A DNA stretch of 64,000 nt. Origin: Ranitomeya imitator (lineage: Eukaryota). Where the stretch lies: contig NC_091287.1 in NCBI RefSeq assembly GCF_032444005.1, positions 531,960,001 to 532,024,000 on the forward strand. The letters are read 5' to 3'. The translations under genes and the position numbers were made by a program. How positions within the stretch are numbered: position 1 is the stretch's first letter; each line of letters begins with the position of its first letter. Below the pieces are notes generated by a model. The model did no database searches and was not told the origin of the DNA. It saw only the letters and a list, made by a program, of their open reading frames with translations. This document shows, piece by piece, positions 58,766 through 64,000 of the stretch.

Positions 58766-58853
58766 CCTGTAGGACATTATTGCAAGAGAGCTTGGCTGAG
58801 TAGATTACACAAGAAGGAAAACACACAGCAAGTCAGCAGGATCTAGGAGCAAC

Positions 58854-59807
58854 ATGGCAGATGTGACAACCTACATGGTGAGCTGCAGCATGTGCTACAT
58901 GTTCACAGATCGACCAGAAGAAGAATCCAATTTCACCTGTCAGAAGTGTAGACTAGTGGCCCTTTTAGAAGAAAAGGTGCGGGGTCTGGAAGAAAGAATA
59001 GCAACTTTGAAACTCATCAAAGAGAATGAAGACTTTCTAGACAGAACAGAAGCATCTCTACTGGTCACAGAAGGTGCAAAAAGTGTCAGAGAACCTCCAA
59101 AAGCAGATGAGTGGAAGCATGTGACCAAAAGAAGCAAGAAGACCATGGAGAAATCACCAACCACACAACTGAAGAACCGATATCAAATCTTTGTAGAGGA
59201 TGAAGATGGCACACCTAAGAATGAAGCAATACCAGCAAGCAAAAAAGAAAAGGGCACACAGCAACAAGTGACAGCAAAAAGTACAGCCAAGAAGCAACGA
59301 AGAGTGGTGGTGGTGGGAGACTCACTACTGAGAGGCACCGAAGCAGCCATCTGCAGGCCAGACATAACTGCAAGAGAAGTATGCTGCCTTCCAGGTGCGA
59401 TGATCAAGGATGTGACCGATAGGATACCAAAGCTCTTCAGCTCCAAGGACGTCCACCCATTTCTTCTGATACATGTTGGCACCAATGACACGGCAAGGAA
59501 GGACCTACCGACAATCTGCAAGGACTTTGAAGAGTTGGGGAAGAAGGTAAAGGAACTGGATGCACAGGTAGTTTTTTCTTCTATCCTTCCAGTAGACGGG
59601 CATGGCACCAGGAGATGGAACAGGATCCTTGATGCAAACAACTGGCTAAGACGATGGTGCAGACAACAAGGATTTGGATTCCTGGACCACGGTGTGAATT
59701 ACTGGTATGATGGACTCCTCGCCAGAGACGGACTACACCTCAACAAACCTGGGAAACACACATTCGCCAGAAGACTCGCTACACTCATCAGGAGGGCGTT
59801 AAACTAG
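58854..59807 (+). CDS. CR1 ORF1p: C4 zinc finger, coiled coil, SGNH/GDSL esterase (317 aa, intact)
   Basis: CSMC...CQKC; heptad LEEKVRGLEERIATL; GDSL, HVGTND and DGLH motifs. Confidence 0.93.
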   Translation: MADVTTYMVSCSMCYMFTDRPEEESNFTCQKCRLVALLEEKVRGLEERIATLKLIKENEDFLDRTEASLLVTEGAKSVREPPKADEWKHVTKRSKKTMEKSPTTQLKNRYQIFVEDEDGTPKNEAIPASKKEKGTQQQVTAKSTAKKQRRVVVVGDSLLRGTEAAICRPDITAREVCCLPGAMIKDVTDRIPKLFSSKDVHPFLLIHVGTNDTARKDLPTICKDFEELGKKVKELDAQVVFSSILPVDGHGTRRWNRILDANNWLRRWCRQQGFGFLDHGVNYWYDGLLARDGLHLNKPGKHTFARRLATLIRRALN

Positions 59808-59944
59808 AAGAAGAGGGGACGGGAAGAAAAACATTAGACTCGAACAAAGACGACCCAGGAAAACATACTCAGAAGGGAGGTAAGAACATTTCTAAAACAA
59901 TCCACAGTGAGGAGATTGGAACAAAACAAAATCCTCTAAACTGC

Positions 59945-62717
59945 ATGCTCGCAAACGCCAGAAGCCTGACAAACAAGATGGAAGAACTAGAAGCAGAAAT
60001 ATCTACAGGTAACTTTGACATAGTGGGAATAACCGAGACATGGTTAGATGAAAGCTATGACTGGGCAGTTAACTTACAGGGTTACAGTCTGTTTAGAAAG
60101 GATCGTAAAAATCGGAGGGGAGGAGGGGTTTGTCTCTATGTAAAGTCTTGTCTAAAGTCCACTTTAAGGGAGGATATTAGCGAAGGGAATGAGGATGTCG
60201 AGTCCATATGGGTTGAAATTCATGGAGGGAAAAATGGTAACAAAATTCTCATTGGGGTCTGTTACAAACCCCCAAATATAACAGAAAGCATGGAAAGTCT
60301 ACTTCTAAAGCAGATAGATGAAGCTGCAACCCATAATGAGGTCCTGGTTATGGGGGACTTTAACTACCCGGATATTAACTGGGAAACAGAAACCTGTGAA
60401 ACCCATAAAGGCAACAGGTTTCTGCTAATAACCAAGAAAAATTATCTTTCACAATTGGTGCAGAATCCAACCAGAGGAGCAGCACTTTTAGACCTAATAC
60501 TATCTAATAGACCTGACAGAATAACAAATCTGCAGGTGGTTGGGCATTTAGGAAATAGCGACCACAATATTGTGCAGTTTCACCTGTCTTTCACTAGGGG
60601 GACTTGTCAGGGAGTCACAAAAACACTGAACTTTAGGAAGGCAAAGTTTGAACAGCTTAGAGATGCCCTTAATCTGGTAGACTGGGACAATATCCTCAGA
60701 AATGAGAATACAGATAATAAATGGGAAATGTTTAAGAACATCCTAAATAGGCAGTGTAAGCGGTTTATACCTTGTGGGAATAAAAGGACTAGAAATAGGA
60801 AAAACCCAATGTGGCTAAACAAAGAAGTAAGACAGGCAATTAACAGTAAAAAGAAAGCATTTGCACTACTAAAGCAGGATGGCACCATTGAAGCTCTAAA
60901 AAACTATAGGGAGAAAAATACTTTATCTAAAAAACTAATTAAAGCTGCCAAAAAGGAAACAGAGAAGCACATTGCTAAGGAGAGTAAAACTAATCCCAAA
61001 CTGTTCTTCAACTATATCAATAGTAAAAGAATAAAAACTGAAAATGTAGGCCCCTTAAAAAATAGTGAGGAAAGAATGGTTGTAAATGACGAGGAAAAAG
61101 CTAACATATTAAACACCTTCTTCTCCACGGTATTCACGGTGGAAAATGAAATGCTAGGTGAAATCCCAAGAAACAATGAAAACCCTATATTAAGGGTCAC
61201 CAATCTAACCCAAGAAGAGGTGCGAAACCGGCTAAATAAGATTAAAATAGATAAATCTCCGGGTCCGGATGGCATACACCCACGAGTACTAAGAGAACTA
61301 AGTAATGTAATAGATAAACCATTATTTCTTATTTTTAGGGACTCTATAGCGACAGGGTCTGTTCCGCAGGATTGGCGCATAGCAAATGTGGTGCCAATAT
61401 TCAAAAAGGGCTCTAAAAGTGAACCTGGAAATTATAGGCCAGTAAGTCTAACCTCTATTGTTGGTAAAATATTTGAAGGGTTTCTGAGGGATGTTATTCT
61501 GGATTATCTCAATGAGAATAACTGTTTAACTCCATATCAGCATGGGTTTATGAGAAATCGCTCCTGTCAAACCAATCTAATCAGTTTTTATGAAGAGGTA
61601 AGCTATAGACTGGACCACGGTGAGTCATTGGATGTGGTATATCTCGATTTTTCCAAAGCGTTTGATACCGTGCCGCACAAGAGGTTGGTACACAAAATGA
61701 GAATGCTTGGTCTGGGGGAAAATGTGTGTAAATGGGTTAGTAACTGGCTTAGTGATAGAAAGCAGAGGGTGGTTATAAATGGTATAGTCTCTAACTGGGT
61801 CGCTGTGACCAGTGGGGTACCGCAGGGGTCAGTATTGGGACCTGTTCTCTTCAACATATTCATTAATGATCTGGTAGAAGGTTTACACAGTAAAATATCG
61901 ATATTTGCAGATGATACAAAACTATGTAAAGCAGTTAATACAAGAGAAGATAGTATTCTGCTACAGATGGATCTGGATAAGTTGGAAACTTGGGCTGAAA
62001 GGTGGCAGATGAGGTTTAACAATGATAAATGTAAGGTTATACACATGGGAAGAGGGAATCAATATCACCATTACACACTGAACGGGAAACCACTGGGTAA
62101 ATCTGACAGGGAGAAGGACTTGGGGATCCTAGTTAATGATAAACTTACCTGGAGCAGCCAGTGCCAGGCAGCAGCTGCCAAGGATCATGGGGTGCATTAA
62201 AAGAGGTCTGGATACACATGATGAGAGCATTATACTGCCTCTGTACAAATCCCTAGTTAGACCGCACATGGAGTACTGTGTCCAGTTTTGGGCACCGGTG
62301 CTCAGGAAGGATATAATGGAACTAGAGAGAGTACAAAGGAGGGCAACAAAATTAATAAAGGGGATGGGAGAACTACAATACCCAGATAGATTAGCGAAAT
62401 TAGGATTATTTAGTCTAGAAAAAAGACGACTGAGGGGCGATCTAATAACCATGTATAAGTATATAAGGGGACAATACAAATATCTCGCTGAGGATCTGTT
62501 TATACCAAGGAAGGTGACGGGCACAAGGGGGCATTCTTTGCGTCTGGAGGAGAGAAGGTTTTTCCACCAACATAGAAGAGGATTCTTTACTGTTAGGGCA
62601 GTGAGAATCTGGAATTGCTTGCCTGAGGAGGTGGTGATGGCGAACTCAGTCGAGGGGTTCAAGAGAGGCCTGGATGTCTTCCTGGAGCAGAACAATATTG
62701 TATCATACAATTATTAG
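59945..62717 (+). pseudogene. CR1 ORF2 with one frameshifting 8-nt deletion
   Basis: Matches copy A apart from a few substitutions and loss of CAAACAGG between 62183 and 62184. Confidence 0.92.
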
Positions 62718-63281
62718 GTTCTGTAGAAGGACGTAGATCTGGGGATTTATTATGATGGAATATAGGCTGAACTGGATGGACAAATGTCTTTTTTCGGCCT
62801 TACTAACTATGTTACTATGTTACTAACTATGTTACTATGTAGCAATTTCTCGGATGGGTTTTTTCTGTTTTTGCAGCTTAAGTATGGCTTGTTTCACCTG
62901 CATGGAGAGCTCCTTTGACAGCATGTTTACTTCACAGCAAAACCTTCCAAATGCAGGCACCACACCTCAAATCAACTCCAGGCCTTTTATCCGCTTAATT
63001 GAGAATGACATAACGAAGGGATTGCCCACACCTGTCCATGAAATAGCCTTGGAGTCAATTGTCCAATTACTTTTGGTCACTTTAAAAACAGGGTGGCACA
63101 TGTTAAGGAGCTGAAACTCCTAAACCCTTAATCCAATTTTAATGTGGATACCCTCAATTGAAAGCTGAAAGTCTGAACTTCAACTGCATCTGAATTGTTG
63201 TGTTTAAAATTCTTTGGGGTAATGTCTATAACCAAAATTAGAAAAATGTTGTCTCTGTCTAAATATAATTGGACCTAACTG

Positions 63282-63349
<68 letters not shown>

Positions 63350-63364
63350 ATCTATCTATCTGTC
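63282..63364. repeat. (TCTA)n microsatellite
   Basis: About 20 TCTA units between two Tc1 elements. Confidence 0.95.
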
Positions 63365-63366
63365 TA

Positions 63367-64000
63367 CAGTGGGGGAAATAAGTATTTGATCCCTTGCTGA
63401 TTTTGTAAGTTTGCCCACTGTCAATACATGAACAGTCTATAATTTTAAGGGTAGGTTAATTTTAACATTGAAAGATAGAATAACAAAAATAAAATCTAAA
63501 AAATCACATTGTTTATTTGCATTTTGCAGTGAGAAATAAGTATTTTATCCCCTTCCAACCATTAAGAGTTCTGGCTCCTACAGACCAGTTAGACGCTCCT
63601 AAACAATTTGCTACCTGCATTAAATACAGCTGTCTACATAGTCACCTTTATATAAGACTCCTGTACACAGACTCAATAAATCAGTCAGACTCTAACCTCT
63701 ACAACATGGGCAAAACCAAAGAGCATTATAAGGATGTCAGGGACAAGATCATAGACCTGCACAAAGCTGGAATGGGCTATAGAACCATAAGTACGATGCT
63801 GGGTGAGAAGGAGACAACTGTTGGTGCAATAGTAAGAAAATGTAAGAAAAGAAAATGTCTGTCGATCGACATCGATCTGGGGCAGCATGCAAAATCTCAC
63901 CTTGTGGGGTGTCCTTGATCATGAGGAAGGTGACAGATCAGCCTAAAACTACACGGGGGAACTTGTTAATGATCTCAAGGCAGCTGGGACCACAGTCACC
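63367..64000 (+). mobile_element. Tc1 element, 5' part (runs off the window)
   Basis: TA-CAGTGGGGGAAATAAG TIR; ATG at 63706 [25 protein letters not shown] (paired-like DNA-binding domain), frameshifted downstream. Confidence 0.85.

Larger units (their letters stand above)
58150..62837 (+). mobile_element. CR1 LINE copy B, full length
   Basis: 5' monomers, ORF1, ORF2, (TTACTATG)n tail; flanking duplication TGTAG (58145-58149, 62838-62842; may partly overlap the tail). Confidence 0.95.
56955..63281 (-). mobile_element. Tc1 element with long (~230-bp) IRs, disrupted by CR1 copy B
   Basis: CAGTTA...TAACTG with TA flanks; rejoined transposase MLSKELSMQVKQAILKLQKQKKPIREIATILGVAKSTVW..GRPRKTT (ATG 62924), DNDPKH, stop 57211-57213; decayed. 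Confidence 0.88.

Noticed and set aside
58186-58803. 205-aa repetitive ORF
   Set aside because: Starts at TTG, has no ATG, arises from the 126-bp (42-codon) monomer and is out of frame with ORF1.
59750-59758. GGGAAAC as a -1 frameshift site joining CR1 ORF1 and ORF2
   Set aside because: Phased GGG AAA C in ORF1, not the required X XXY YYZ.

Overview
Eukaryotic, vertebrate-type DNA that is almost entirely nested transposable elements. The element families are most consistent with a frog genome (inference). No host gene, rRNA, tRNA or CRISPR array can be supported. The centrepiece is a complete 12,381-bp hAT DNA transposon (29213-41593) with 13-bp TIRs, a perfect 8-bp TSD and an uninterrupted 1189-aa BED-finger transposase. 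It carries three internal tandem arrays (128-bp, 119-bp and a ~392-bp higher-order repeat), and related ends or non-autonomous derivatives occur elsewhere in the window. Other elements: a full-length L2 LINE with a 2A-like motif; two near-identical CR1 LINEs in inverted orientation, one full length with 126-bp octamer-containing 5' monomers; a Penelope-like element split by two Harbinger MITEs, one carrying telomere-type repeats; hammerhead-like motifs; a decayed endogenous retrovirus (integrase + env); a decayed DIRS element; seven solo LTRs; several Tc1 elements and MITEs. Boundaries, TSDs and periods were read by eye, and family names rest on motif recognition rather than database searches.
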